Source of the DNA: Gemmatimonadales bacterium
GTDB lineage: Bacteria > Gemmatimonadota > Gemmatimonadetes > Gemmatimonadales > GWC2-71-9
Assembly (NCBI GenBank): GCA_041615815.1
Contig: JBFJCP010000038.1
Location: 1-37,051 of the forward strand
Reading direction: 5' to 3'
DNA: 37,051 bases
Position 1 is the first letter of the stretch, and each line of letters begins with the position of its first letter. The position numbers were made by a program, and so were the translations under genes. This document shows, one piece after another, positions 36,942 to 37,051 of this stretch. Under the pieces are notes generated by a model that worked only from the letters and a program-made list of their open reading frames with translations, searched no databases and had not been told where the DNA came from.

Positions 36942-37051
36942 GGACAGTGTCTGGACAGGACGCCGCCGCGCGTGAGGTTCAGATCGCCGTCGATACCGTT
37001 CTCGACACTGGTTCTTTGAGTCGGGATTCTCTATTGTTCGTCGTGCCGTTC

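Overview
GC-rich bacterial chromosomal window. Gene styles (Hanks kinase-TM-TPR, S9 peptidase with C-terminal extension, many small lipoproteins) suggest Gemmatimonadota; this is an inference. It holds about 30 CDS and three tRNAs (Lys-CTT, Glu-TTC, Glu-CTC), and I found no integrase, transposase or CRISPR array. The standout is a pair of divergently oriented, ~1070-aa polyphosphate kinase 1 paralogues (19081-22284 minus, 33723-36941 plus). Each has an intact PPK1 core preceded by ~380 aa that read as a CYTH/TTM-like domain plus a degenerate NUDIX-like domain. The 11.4 kb between them encodes a Ser/Thr kinase, a CotH-like kinase, an HDAC-family deacetylase, a CBS protein and other genes. Also notable: a 68-aa, 47% Arg/Lys repeat protein under a perfect CRP/FNR-type box; a small unannotated single-TM ORF behind a sigma54-like promoter; a recurrent TAA-N19-TTR (IHF-like) motif; two gene remnants (M20 amidohydrolase-like, SRPBCC-like) in a patch next to tRNA-Lys; an SDR apparently starting at ATA; and inverted heptamer repeats between convergent genes. 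All family calls come from motif recognition by eye; no searches were run.
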